Shown here: positions 21,668 to 31,643 of the stretch, piece by piece
How the letters are laid out: each line of letters starts with the position of its first letter
How positions within the stretch are numbered: position 1 is the first letter of the stretch
Source: Candidatus Parcubacteria bacterium
Lineage (GTDB): Bacteria > Patescibacteriota > Minisyncoccia > Phycocordibacterales > JAKAEA01
Length of the DNA stretch: 64,000 bases
NCBI GenBank assembly: GCA_963806325.1
Contig: CAWDXL010000016.1
Span: 4,043-68,042, forward strand
Reading direction: 5' to 3'
Program-made: the position numbers and the translations under genes
Notes under the pieces: generated by a model
What the model saw: only the letters and a program-made list of their open reading frames with translations
Database searches by the model: none
What the model was told of the DNA's origin: nothing

Positions 21668-22015
21668 TTATTTTACCAGATTTTTGTTAAAAGCCTTAGC
21701 AAGTAGAGAAGAAATCTCGAGATCGAAATCTTTATAACTTAATTCCAACACCCCTTTTTTAGCAGAGAAAATGCAGATTAGCCCAGCAGGCAGGGAAGCG
21801 ATCTTGGGTCGCAAGCAGTTCATACAGCGACGACGAACCACATTGCGTTTTACGGCCCTTGTATCTATTTTTTTTGATACAACACAGGCAAACCGGCTCG
21901 GAATACTGTCGGAAACCCGGCTCACTTTAAGGGTAAAGTGAGCCGCATGGTAGAAAGTACCGCGTGAAGCAGAAGCAAATGCTGAAGAGGAGAGTCTTCG
22001 AGCTTTAGGCAGCAT
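21668..22015 (-). CDS. rnpA: Ribonuclease P protein component
   Basis: 115 aa and basic, with ACVVSKKIDTRAVKRNVVRRR (RNase P protein RNR-like motif). Sits between rpmH and yidC. Confidence 0.85.
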   Translation of the reverse strand: MLPKARRLSSSAFASASRGTFYHAAHFTLKVSRVSDSIPSRFACVVSKKIDTRAVKRNVVRRRCMNCLRPKIASLPAGLICIFSAKKGVLELSYKDFDLEISSLLAKAFNKNLVK

Positions 22016-22017
22016 AA

Positions 22018-22149
22018 TTACACAGAAAGCTTGGCACGACCCTTGGCACGGCGGCGCTTGATGGTGTTTCTGCCGGCGCGCGTTGCTTGGCGGACAAGAA
22101 AACCATGGGTCTTCATCCGCTTGCCTTTCTTAGGTTTGATGATCTTCAT
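22018..22149 (-). CDS. rpmH: 50S ribosomal protein L34
   Basis: [43 protein letters not shown] is the canonical L34. The ORF-track start at 22212 is an unlikely 21-aa extension. Confidence 0.9.
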   Translation of the reverse strand: MKIIKPKKGKRMKTHGFLVRQATRAGRNTIKRRRAKGRAKLSV

Positions 22150-22221
22150 AGGTATCGAGTATATGTCAAGATGCTTAAAAAGTAAAGATTCACATTTTTT
22201 AAGACAGAACATAATTTATAG

Positions 22222-22241
22222 TTGTCCACAAGTTCTCCACA
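22222..22241. promoter_or_regulatory. Two DnaA-box-like 9-mers in the rpmH-dnaA intergenic region
   Basis: TTGTCCACA (22222-22230) and TTCTCCACA (22233-22241) each match the TTATCCACA consensus at 8 of 9 positions. They lie 27-46 nt upstream of the dnaA ATG. Confidence 0.55.
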
Positions 22242-22267
22242 GCCCGCAAGCGTATATAATAGTGCGC

Positions 22268-23614
22268 ATGGATACGAAAAAAATGTGGGAAACTGTTCTT
22301 GCCGAAGCCGAGCTTGAAGTTTCAAAAGGTAATTTCTCCATGTGGTTTAAAGAAACCTATATTATCCGCATTGAGGACGGGACAGTATATGTGAGCGTTC
22401 CAAACATCTTCGCCAAAGACTGGCTCCTTAAGAAATTCCATATTTTTATTCTTCATTCACTTCGTGCGCAGGCAGACGTGCGCGCAGTAGAGTATGTGGT
22501 CTCAAAAGAACCAGGTAAACAGGTACAGACACAATCCAAACCCGCTCAAAATCATAATTCTACCAGCGAATTACCGCTCAGTGAACACTATATAAACAGA
22601 GAAGACAACCTAAATCCTCGGTATACTTTTGACTCTTTTGTGGTCGGACCATTTAACGAGCTTGCCTATGCTGCAAGCCAGGCTGTCATTAAAAAACCAG
22701 GCACAACATACAACCCTCTCTTCATTTATGGCGAAACAGGCCGTGGCAAGACTCATCTTATTCAAGCTATCGGCAACCACCTCAAACACACCACGTCGAA
22801 AAAGGTTTTTTATGTCACCTCAGAAAAATTCGCTACAGATTATATAAATTCAATCCAAAACGACAAAGTAAACCTCTTCAAAGAAAGGTATCGAAAGTAT
22901 GATGTACTTATCATGGATGATATTCAGTTCTTTTCCCGTACCGAAAAAACACAGGATGAGTTGTTTCATATGTTTAACAGCCTTTACGATGACAATAAAC
23001 AGATTATTTTCTCATCCGATCAGCATCCAAACTTCATTCCAAACCTTGAAAACCGCTTAAAATCACGCTTTAGCGCCGGTATGATCGTGGATATTCCTCA
23101 TCCTGACCAGGAATCGCGTGCAGCTATTCTGCGTGCGAAAGCCGCGATGCAGCATATGGAATTTACGCCGGAAATTATTGATTTCTTAGCCTCTACTATA
23201 GAAGGAAATATTCGCGAGCTTGAAGGAATTTTAAATTCTATCATCATACAGTCCCAATTGCGGGGAAGGGAACTGAATATTATCGAGATTAAAAATCTTA
23301 TCAAAGATACAAGCAAGCCAAAGCGCGCTGTTTCAGTAAAAGATGTTATTAAAACTATTGCTGAATTTTACAACATTGAAGAATCGAGTATTTATGAAAA
23401 AACCCGTCGAAAGGAGATAGTTCGGCCACGCCAGCTTATTATGTATGTATTACGAGAGGAGTTTAACGTCTCATACCCATCTATTGGTCAAAAACTCGGC
23501 GGACGCGATCATACCACCGTCATTCACTCATGCGAAAAAATAAAAGGCGAATTAAAAGTAAACCCTATTTTGGCCCAAGAATTGAAACAGATCAGATCAA
23601 TATTCAGTGGATAA
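22268..23614 (+). CDS. dnaA: Chromosomal replication initiator protein DnaA
   Basis: Start chosen at MDTKKMWETVLAEAELEV (22268); the longer ORF from 22031 is antisense to rpmH. Walker A GETGRGKTHL, MDDIQF, the sensor region, and C-terminal domain IV HTTVIHSCEKI. Confidence 0.9.
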   Translation: MDTKKMWETVLAEAELEVSKGNFSMWFKETYIIRIEDGTVYVSVPNIFAKDWLLKKFHIFILHSLRAQADVRAVEYVVSKEPGKQVQTQSKPAQNHNSTSELPLSEHYINREDNLNPRYTFDSFVVGPFNELAYAASQAVIKKPGTTYNPLFIYGETGRGKTHLIQAIGNHLKHTTSKKVFYVTSEKFATDYINSIQNDKVNLFKERYRKYDVLIMDDIQFFSRTEKTQDELFHMFNSLYDDNKQIIFSSDQHPNFIPNLENRLKSRFSAGMIVDIPHPDQESRAAILRAKAAMQHMEFTPEIIDFLASTIEGNIRELEGILNSIIIQSQLRGRELNIIEIKNLIKDTSKPKRAVSVKDVIKTIAEFYNIEESSIYEKTRRKEIVRPRQLIMYVLREEFNVSYPSIGQKLGGRDHTTVIHSCEKIKGELKVNPILAQELKQIRSIFSG

Positions 23615-23863
23615 CCTGTGGATAAGATTGGGGATAAGCTGCGTATAACATGAGGATAGGGGGTGAATAGTCTTATAATAATCTGGGTATAAAAAATAGA
23701 GGCTGAAAAGAAGTTCTCTTGATCCACAAATTAATCAACACGTTCTTCTAAAAAATATTTCCGTAGAGGGTTTAAAAATAAGGAGATAATAGTGACTGTC
23801 CACATATCCACAGGGCTAATAGTAGTAATAGGTATTTAAGGATAAAATATATAAGAAAAGACA
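23606..23863. promoter_or_regulatory. Candidate oriC: DnaA-box cluster and AT-rich tracts in the dnaA-dnaN spacer
   Basis: Boxes against TTATCCACA: AGTGGATAA 23606-23614 (8/9), TGTGGATAA 23617-23625 (9/9), TGGGGATAA 23629-23637 (8/9), TGATCCACA 23720-23728 (8/9), CTGTCCACA 23796-23804 (7/9), ATATCCACA 23804-23812 (8/9). AT-rich stretches at 23745-23760 and 23771-23782. Confidence 0.7.
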
Positions 23864-24964
23864 ATGAAGATAGAATGCTCCACAGAAAGGCTTGTCGCAG
23901 CGGTAGCACGAACCGAAAAAATAACCGGTAAAAATTTAACGTTGCCAGTTTTGGGTTGTATCCTTTTTGAGGCACATGGAAAAATGCTCATATTACGGGC
24001 AACAAATCTCGATCTTGGTATTGAGATAGAAATACCAGTTAAGGTGGAGAGTGAAGGAAAGCTGGCTATACCAGGAGGGATAATGGCTAATTTTCTTTCA
24101 ATAATTCATAGTGGCGATACTGTTCGTATAGAAGATGTTGAAGGAAATGCAAAAATTTCAGTTGGCGGCACAACTACCGTTATTAAAGCTATTCCTCATG
24201 ACGATTTTCCTTCAATCCCTCACATTGAAGGCGAAAAAATAACTACACTTGATGCTAAGGATTTTATTAAAGGAATTAAGGCTGTGTGGTACAGTTCTGC
24301 GGTTTCAAGCATGAAGCCAGAGCTTTCGAGTGTGTATATCCACAACGACGGTGATACTATGTATTTCGTTGCCACGGACTCTTTTCGTCTTGCTGAAAAG
24401 AAAATAAAACTTAAGAAAACAAACGAAATCTCCTCACTGCTTATTCCTGTTAAGAATATTCCGGAAATATTAAGAATTCTTGATATAGCTGACACTCTCG
24501 TTGATATGACAGTCGCAAAAAATCAAATTTCTTTTAATTATAGCGGAGTGTATCTCACATCACGTGTTGTTGACGGTGTATTTCCTGATTATCGTCAGAT
24601 AATTCCAAAAGAACACACCACCACAGTCACTATTCTCAAGCAGGATCTGGCAAATTCCTTGCGCTTAGCGACTATTTTTTCAGACAAATTCAATAAGCTG
24701 AATATAAAGGCTCATCCAAGCGATAAATTATTTCAAATATCAACAAAAAATGCTGATGTGGGTGAAACTGCCAGTACACTCGAGGCTGTCACCGAAGGTG
24801 ACGATATTGATATAAATTTTAATCATAAATATATTACCGACAGCTTTCAGTCTGTAGAATCTGATAGCCTCGAGCTTGAATTTAATGGTCTTACAAAACC
24901 TCTTGTGATTAGAGGGGTCAATGATCATTCTTTTCTCTATTTAGTAATGCCTATTAATAAGTAA
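23864..24964 (+). CDS. dnaN: DNA polymerase III beta sliding clamp
   Basis: 366 aa immediately after dnaA, with a three-domain beta-clamp pattern (KFEC/IECSTERL start, LKATNLD-like RATNLDLGIE, VATDSFRLAE). Confidence 0.9.
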   Translation: MKIECSTERLVAAVARTEKITGKNLTLPVLGCILFEAHGKMLILRATNLDLGIEIEIPVKVESEGKLAIPGGIMANFLSIIHSGDTVRIEDVEGNAKISVGGTTTVIKAIPHDDFPSIPHIEGEKITTLDAKDFIKGIKAVWYSSAVSSMKPELSSVYIHNDGDTMYFVATDSFRLAEKKIKLKKTNEISSLLIPVKNIPEILRILDIADTLVDMTVAKNQISFNYSGVYLTSRVVDGVFPDYRQIIPKEHTTTVTILKQDLANSLRLATIFSDKFNKLNIKAHPSDKLFQISTKNADVGETASTLEAVTEGDDIDINFNHKYITDSFQSVESDSLELEFNGLTKPLVIRGVNDHSFLYLVMPINK

Positions 24965-24967
24965 GTC

Positions 24968-25225
24968 ATGAATAACTTGCAGGGTCTTCTAGAACGCTTC
25001 AAGGCGCTCATTAATAGCTCTAAAGACATACAGACCCAGATTAAAGAAATTATCGCGCGAGAGGCTCGTATAGAGCTTGAGGAAGGGCAGATAGACATCC
25101 GCGATGCGACACTTTTCGTAAAAGTCAGCCCGGCCATGAAAAATTCTTTGTTTATGTACAAGAAAAAGATTCTTGAGGCACTCCAAAAGGAAATGGGTAC
25201 GAAAGCACCGAAGGATATGAGGTAA
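24968..25225 (+). CDS. Small DUF721/DciA-like protein
   Basis: 85 aa starting 3 nt after dnaN. The pattern ..DATLFVKVSPAMKNSLFMYKKKILEAL.. resembles DUF721-family proteins often encoded next to dnaN/recF. Weak call. Confidence 0.4.
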   Translation: MNNLQGLLERFKALINSSKDIQTQIKEIIAREARIELEEGQIDIRDATLFVKVSPAMKNSLFMYKKKILEALQKEMGTKAPKDMR

Positions 25226-25232
25226 AAATAAA

Positions 25233-25262
25233 AAGAGTCACCCTTGTGGAGGAGACTCTTTT
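25233..25262 (+). terminator. Rho-independent terminator after the dnaN operon
   Basis: Stem AAGAGTC (25233-25239) pairs with GACTCTT (25254-25260), followed by a TTTT run. Confidence 0.6.
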
Positions 25263-25288
25263 ACCCAGCACCTTTTGATCAATAATTT

Positions 25289-25755
25289 CTAGTCATCAAA
25301 TGCGATCACTAGAAAAAAGACCATATCAAGCACAAGTCCGATAAGAAAGGCTGCGGTATTGCATACCAGTGATGCAATATGGTGATGAGGAATGTTCCAG
25401 AGCATGATGAGAGAGGCCGCCGGCAGGCTTGTTCCCAGGAACACAAGAGAGAGGAAGAGGGGCCTGAGATGTGATCAATAAATTCAAGTATTTTACTGTT
25501 GCACTGTCCATCCTCATCATATCGGTCGATCACAAGGCCGCCCAAACAAAGTGTGAGAACAAAAAGAAACATTCCAAACCCGAAGAAGCCCCACACAAGC
25601 CCCATCCTTGCTATGCCGAAGATCTTTTCGGCGCTGGCTTCAATCATGAAGCCAAGCATTCCGGCAAAAATTGCGAAGGCCGCAATAATACCTAGAACTA
25701 CCAACAAAAACCGCCGATGACCCGCGCTCTCGGTCTTACTAGACATACAACACAT
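25289..25755 (-). CDS. Polytopic membrane protein, reading frame broken once
   Basis: ORF 25309..25755 has good TM helices up to ..KILEFIDH. A second minus-strand frame then reads RPLFLSLVFLGTSLPAASLIMLWNIPHHHIASLVCNTAAFLIGLVLDMVFFLVIAFDD, stopping at 25289-25291. The junction lies near 25455-25474 (GGGG/CC runs). Confidence 0.5.
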
Positions 25756-25847
25756 CCTTTCGGTTAAGTGTTTCTGGATGAGATAATACTCAGGAAATGT
25801 TAAAAAGCAAGAGGTTTATCTTTTATGTTTCATCAGAGTATCGGTCT

Positions 25848-25901
25848 GTTTACAATTACTTGACAATTGAATATGGATTGGTTTACAATTAGTTTACAAT
25901 G
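25848..25901. promoter_or_regulatory. Direct repeats GTTTACAAT(T) upstream of and overlapping the start of the 25899 gene
   Basis: GTTTACAATT at 25848-25857 and 25881-25890, and GTTTACAAT at 25892-25900 (overlapping the ATG at 25899). A one-mismatch copy, CTTGACAATT, lies at about 25859-25868. Confidence 0.45.
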
Positions 25902-26954
25902 CAAACACTGAATAAGGATAAAATACTAGAAATGGCTAAAAATAATGGTAAAATCTATACTAGGGATTTTACCAACTCTTTCAGTGTCTCCAGACAATAT
26001 GTAAGTGTCCTTATAGCACAATTGGTAGAGGTAAAGCAGCTTATAAGAATTGGGTCCACAAAGAATGCTTTCTATGTATTGCCAGAATATATAAAAGAGC
26101 ATCCGGATGTTTTGCCAAGTAAATTTTTTAAAAGGCTGTCCAATTTTCATTTAGAAGAGCATAAGATTTTAATGGAAATCGAGGAGAAATTTCCTCAAAT
26201 TTCTGAATTAAAAGAACATATCCGAAATATTTTTACATTTGCATTTTCAGAGATGTTAAATAATGCAATTGAGCATTCAAAATCGAAAACAATATCGATT
26301 GAGTTATCAATAAATGACGATGAGTTGTGGTTTATCATAAATGACGTCGGTGTGGGTGTTTTTAGAAATGTAATGGAAAAGAAGAAACTTAAATCAGAGC
26401 TCGAGGCTATTCAAGACATCCTTAAAGGCAAAACCACAACAATTCCAAAATCTCACACAGGACAGGGAATTTTCTTCACTTCCAAAGCCTCAGATGTTTT
26501 TATTCTGGACAGTTTCGGGTATCTTATGACTGTTAATAATAAGACACAAGATATTGCTGCGCGAAAAATAGGAGCAACAAAGAGAGGTACCCGCGTCATA
26601 TTTAGAATCAAAACAAATTCACACAGGCATTTAAGTGATGTGTTTAAAAAATACACAAATCTTAGTGAGGAAAGTGATTATGGTTTTGATAAAACTGAAA
26701 TTCAGGTCAAATTATATACAACAAGCGGAATTAATATTTCTCGTTCGCAGGCAAGAAGGATTCTTCACGGTCTCGAAAAATTTAAAGTCATATCATTTGA
26801 TTTTGATAAAGTTCCGATGGTAGGCCAGGCATTTGCTGATGAAATATATCGAGTATTCCACAACAAATATCCCACTATTGAGCTTCAAGAGGTTAATACA
26901 AACGAAGCCGTTAAATTTATGATCGAACGCGCAAAGACTGATGCTTACCGGTAG
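25899..26954 (+). CDS. wHTH + histidine-kinase-like ATPase + DUF4325 (STAS-like) protein
   Basis: N-terminal winged-helix-like region. N-box-like SEMLNNAIEHSKSK and G-box-like IINDVGVGVF. C-terminal RSQARRILHGLEKFKVISFDFDKVPMVGQAFADEIYRVF is typical of DUF4325. Confidence 0.55.
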   Translation: MQTLNKDKILEMAKNNGKIYTRDFTNSFSVSRQYVSVLIAQLVEVKQLIRIGSTKNAFYVLPEYIKEHPDVLPSKFFKRLSNFHLEEHKILMEIEEKFPQISELKEHIRNIFTFAFSEMLNNAIEHSKSKTISIELSINDDELWFIINDVGVGVFRNVMEKKKLKSELEAIQDILKGKTTTIPKSHTGQGIFFTSKASDVFILDSFGYLMTVNNKTQDIAARKIGATKRGTRVIFRIKTNSHRHLSDVFKKYTNLSEESDYGFDKTEIQVKLYTTSGINISRSQARRILHGLEKFKVISFDFDKVPMVGQAFADEIYRVFHNKYPTIELQEVNTNEAVKFMIERAKTDAYR

Positions 26955-29505
26955 CTACTGTGTTACTTCAAAATTTACTGTCGAGCTCGCAGTATTTTGG
27001 TACTGGTCGTACGCGATGACTTTGAGGGTGTTTGAACCTGTTTGAATGCTTGGCACATCGCTTGGCACGAATGAAAATGTATAAGGAGCGGTATTGCTGC
27101 TGCCCACCAAACTATCATTTACATAATAATCAGCGCGGGCAATCGGGTATGTGCTGTTGTACTGCAGCATTACAAGCACCTTAGCAGAAGAAGGGAAGAT
27201 GGGATCCTTCTGTCGGCTGAGTAATATTGAGAACGGAAATTGAATTTGGATTATTGACAGTATCAACTTGTGTCGGCTCGGTGTAATTTAAAAGAGAACT
27301 GCTTCCATTCGCTGCAACCCATGCCTCCACACCAGGCTCCCACAAGCTGTATTGAGGATCACTAGCAGGGTTGGTTGGTGCTGGTCCTGTTGGGTCATCC
27401 TTATTAACCCAATAAAGAATCGAATGAACATTTGGAATGGCTTTTTCAACACGTAAATTTGCCGGTGTCTGATCGGTAGCAAGCAGGCCTGTAGATGAAT
27501 CAATAGTGTACGTTTGATTACCCTGCCAAATGCCGCGAAGTACCGGTTTTAAATTTGGATCAGTTGGTGCAGGCTTCAAAAAAGTGACTGGAGGATAATC
27601 TGCCAGAGCTACATCCATAAACGCGCGCCACATTGGGGCGACGATAAGGCCGGACGTTGAATGGGTCATTGGGGTATCGTCATTATTGCCAGCCCATGCA
27701 CCAACAACGATTTGCGGTGTATATCCAATTGTCCACACATCGCGGTAGTTGTTGGTTGTACCAGTTTTTAAAGCGACATCACGGTCAGGAAAATCAGTAG
27801 ATGAACCAGGGCCGTTGAGAGGGAGGCGGGCAGTGTTGTCGCTTAATACATCATTGATAAGGAGGGCGCTTTGCGTAGGCAATACTTGCTGAGGATTTGC
27901 AGTGTATTGTTCTAGCACATTGTCGTTTGCATCGGTTACGCTCAGGATGCCTGTGTATGGATTGCGGATGCCGTTGTCAGCAAATACTCCATAGGCACTT
28001 GTCATTTCGAGCGGTGATACTTCTCCTCCTCCGAGTACCAGTGTTAATCCGTACTGATTTGCGTCTCCAAGGCTCGTAATACCCATATCTTGAGCCGTAG
28101 TAATACTATTTTGTATGCCAGCAAGATAGAGTACTTTGATTGACGGAACGTTGCGTGACTGAGCCAATGCATCACGGAAGCTAATAGGTCCTACAAATTT
28201 ATTATCATAATTTTGAGGCGTGTAGCAATCTGCTCCTGGAGAAAGAGGGTTGCCGTAGGCGTCGCACGCGGTTGAAAATTGAGTAGGAACATCAAATACG
28301 ACAGTATCCGGCGTGTAGCCCTCATTGAAAGCGGTGGCATATACAAATGGTTTGAATGCCGAGCCTGGCTGACGGTGGGCAAGCGTTACGTTGAAATTGC
28401 CGTCAATTGTTGTATCAAAATAATCGCGCGAACCGACCATGACAAGAATCTGTCCTGTTGTCGGATCAATTGCGGTCATTGCTGCATTTGAAGCATTGAA
28501 CTTTTTCTGGTTTGAGAGCGCATACTGCTTTACGATTGCTTCGGCTTTTGCCTGCAATGTATAGTCAAGAGTTGTGATAACTTTCAAATTGCCATTTTTA
28601 ACCATATCATCGCCGTATTTTGCTTCGAGATAATTTTCAATAAACATTACAAAGTGCGGAGCTTTAATACTGTTGTCCTGCTGCTGTAAAAATGTAACTT
28701 TTTCAGCTTTGGCGCTATCGTACTGTGCCTGAGTGATAAAATTATTGCTTAGCATTTTCTCAAGTACAAGATTTTTACGGTCATCGAGAGCGGATCGGTT
28801 GTTGCCGAACGGAGAGTAGTAGCTTGGCGCCTGGGGGAGAGCGGCGAGGTACGCAGATTGTGCGATATCGAGATTTTTTGATGAAGTACCAAAAAAATTT
28901 TCACTTGCTTCTTCCACACCATAATAATTTCCGCCATATGATGTGCCGTTGAGATAGAGGTTTAAAATCTGGTCTTTTGTCATGACCTGCTCGAGTTTCA
29001 TCGACAACACCCATTCTTTTATTTTTCGTGAAATAGTCTTATCAGTCGTCAAAAGCGAATTTTTAACAACTTGTTGAGTGATAGTTGAGCCGCCTTGGGT
29101 GAAGTGAAGAGTAATAATGTCTGCCAAAAGCGCGCGTATTATTGAGGTGACTTCGATACCACTGTGCTGGTAGAATTTCTCATCCTCGATAGCGATGGTG
29201 GCATTTTTCATGTTTTGAGAGATGTCGTCGTAAGGCACCACCTGCTGTCGGACGTTTTGACCAAGATCATACAGGAGAATTGTGCCGGTTCTGTCGTATA
29301 TTTTTGTCGATCCGGCGAGAAATCTGTCTTGAATTGAATTTACATCAGGCAATTTTAGGGTTGTGATCCAGATTGCAAGGAAACCAGCGAGGATAAAGAC
29401 AGCAATAATGGCAACCATAATAACCCGTTTCCAGAAATGGACTTTTAAATATTGGCGAGTCCGAAACCAGTGCCTGATTTTTGCCTTCATAGTGGGTGTT
29501 TGCAC
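26955..29505 (-). CDS. Class A penicillin-binding protein (PBP1A-type transglycosylase/transpeptidase) with a C-terminal Ig-like extension, reading frame broken once
   Basis: N-terminal TM. Glycosyltransferase motifs IAIEDEKFYQHSGI and GGSTITQQ. Transpeptidase motifs SAFKPF (SxxK), SRN and KTGTT. ORF 26955..27266 (..YYVNDSLVGSSNTAPYTFSFVPSD..) continues the protein in another frame, with the junction near 27205-27215. Confidence 0.85.
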
Positions 29506-29556
29506 AGTCTAATAATCGTATCACAGTCGGGTATTTTGTGATACAGTAAGACTGTT

Positions 29557-30773
29557 ATGTTTGGAAAGAAAGAAGTAAAAATAGATACATCTTCTGAGAA
29601 GATACAAGCTTTTAACACGCGGAGTCGAAGATATTTTTGTTAAAGAAAATCTTGAAAAAAACTCGCATCAGGCAAACAGCTGCGTGTAAAGCTTGGTTTT
29701 AGATCCTAACTTCCCCTTATATCCATATTGGCCGTGCAATTGTTCTGTAGGAAATTACGAGAATTCCAAAACCTAGGGCACGCTATTGTTTTTATTGTTG
29801 GTGATTTTACTGCACAAGTCGGGGACCCTTCTGATAAAGTTCTGAAAAACGCCCCATGCTTACATCTGAAGCAATTAAAAAAAATCTAACAACATACAAA
29901 AATCAGGTCGGTAAAATTTTAGATATGTCCAAGGTTGAATTTCACCACAATAGCACATGGCTTTCCAAGCTTGGTTTCCAAGAAATCGCTGAATTGGCGG
30001 AAAGCTTCAGTGTCCAGCAGATGTCAAATCGCAGAAATTTCAAAGAACGTTTCGATAAAGGCGAAGAAGTTTCATTGCGGGAATTTTTATACCCACTCAT
30101 GCAGGGTTATGATTCTGTCGCGGTAAAAGCTGATGTTGAGCTTGGAGGGTTCGACCAATTGTTTAATGTAAAGGCCGGACGCATCATCCAGAAACATTAT
30201 GGCCAGCCTGAGCAAGATGTTCTCACGATTCAAATGCTCGAAGGTACCGATGGGCGGAAAATGTCATCGAGCTGGGGCAATGTAATTACACTTGTTGATG
30301 AACCAGACAATATGTATGGAAAAATCATGTCAGTGCGCGATGAATTACTGGAAAAATACTTCTTGCTTTGCACCGATCTCTCGCTTGAAGATATAGAATC
30401 AATCAAAAAAGAGCTTGCGAACGGAGCAAATCCGAAAGATTTGAAGATGCGCTTGGCGCGGGAAATTGTCACGCTCTACCACGGCGCGGATGCTGCAAAA
30501 AAAGCTGAAGAAAATTTCATTAATACGTTTAAAAAAGGCGGCCTGCCAGAAGATACTCCTGAAGTTGAGGTAATTAAGGACACTCTGCTTGTGGATGTTT
30601 TTCTTCAAAATAAAATAATCAGCTCAAAAACAGAATTTAGAACATTGATTAATGACGGTGCTGTTTCTATTGTTGGTACCGAAGAAAAAATTGTTGATCC
30701 GTTTGCGAAAATTGAAAAAAGTGCGGATTATAAAATAGGGAAGAGAAGGTTCATCAGAGTACTTGTGAAATAA
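29557..30773 (+). pseudogene. tyrS: Tyrosyl-tRNA synthetase with about six frame disruptions in the first 290 nt
   Basis: 29856..30773 encodes the intact body: KMSSS motif (GRKMSSSWGN) and a C-terminal S4-like domain. Upstream, the expected N-terminus appears only by hopping frames: [93 protein letters not shown]. The hops are at about 29614, 29655-29661, 29701, 29720, 29748 and 29839. Confidence 0.8.
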
Positions 30774-30813
30774 GGACTTGCGGTGACTCATATATAGCAA
30801 CATAAAAATAAAA

Positions 30814-30846
30814 ACTGCACCATAGAAGATACAGTGCAGTTTTTAT
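30814..30846. terminator. Bidirectional rho-independent terminator between tyrS and the convergent acidic-protein gene
   Basis: Stem ACTGCAC (30814-30820) pairs with GTGCAGT (30834-30840). It is flanked by an A-run upstream and a T-run downstream. Confidence 0.7.
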
Positions 30847-30878
30847 TTAATGAGAAAGTAAAATATACTGGTAGATGA

Positions 30879-31070
30879 TTACATCATATCTCCATCGAGC
30901 AGATCGTTGGTATCGAGCTCTTCATCCTCGCCATCGTCTTTTGGATCCTGATCATCGTCAAAATCATCATCATCTCCTCCAACCTCAGCGCTTTCATCCT
31001 CGTCCTCTTCGACTTCTTCTGTATCCAAATCCGCATTGCCAAATTTTTGGAAATTATCGTCGTCTTGCAT
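30879..31070 (-). CDS. 63-aa extremely acidic protein
   Basis: MQDDDNFQKFGNADLDTEEVEEDEDESAEVGGDDDDFDDDQDPKDDGEDEELDTNDLLDGDMM. More than half the residues are Asp/Glu. Same strand as ruvC and downstream of it. Confidence 0.5.
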   Translation of the reverse strand: MQDDDNFQKFGNADLDTEEVEEDEDESAEVGGDDDDFDDDQDPKDDGEDEELDTNDLLDGDMM

Positions 31071-31149
31071 GGTGTTAAACGTTGCTTACATTAAATCTTA
31101 TAAATTTGTTCCCTATTTTTATCAGATTATTATTTTTTTGCAACAATCT

Positions 31150-31643
31150 CTATATTATCGTGTGGATAACGTTGCTAATGTGGCAAAAAAAAGCCAACCC
31201 TATCGCTATCGCATCATACTCGTCATCAAATTTAATCTTCTTTTTGATTGCGATAAGTTTTGGAACCATGCCGATAATCTGGTGTTTATCGCTTTGTCCG
31301 TGGCCGGTAACCGCTATTTTAATAGCGCCCGGCTCATCTCATGCACGGCAAGGTGTTGCAATGATGCGGTAGCAAGAATTGCCCCGCGCGCTTCGGCGAC
31401 AAGCATGGCCGTCTTCTGATTTTTGCTGAAAAAAAGCGTTTCTATCGCAAGCGCTTCCGGTGCAAATTCTGCAATAAGCCGCAGCACCTCGCTTGAGACA
31501 TGCGCCAATCGCTCATGGTGGGGAAGATTTTTTGAAGTTTGAATGCAGGCGGAGTATATGAGCTGCTCTTTACCTTTTTTTTCTTTCTCCAAAATCGCGA
31601 CGCCAAGGCGCTCATACCCCGGATCAATTGCAATAATTCTCAT
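31150..31643 (-). CDS. ruvC: Holliday junction resolvase RuvC, reading frame broken once
   Basis: MRIIAIDPGYERLGVAIL (catalytic Asp), then EALAIETLFFSKNQKTAMLVAEARG. After ..AVHEMS the protein continues in another frame as PGAIKIAVTGHGQSDKHQIIGMV ... DEYDAIAIGLAF, stopping at 31150-31152. The junction is at the CCCGG run 31328-31332. Confidence 0.8.

Noticed and set aside
22031-22267. The long 5' extension of the dnaA ORF (527 aa in the ORF track).
   Set aside because: The extension is antisense to rpmH and crosses the DnaA-box-containing intergenic region. The conserved DnaA N-terminus begins at the Met at 22268.
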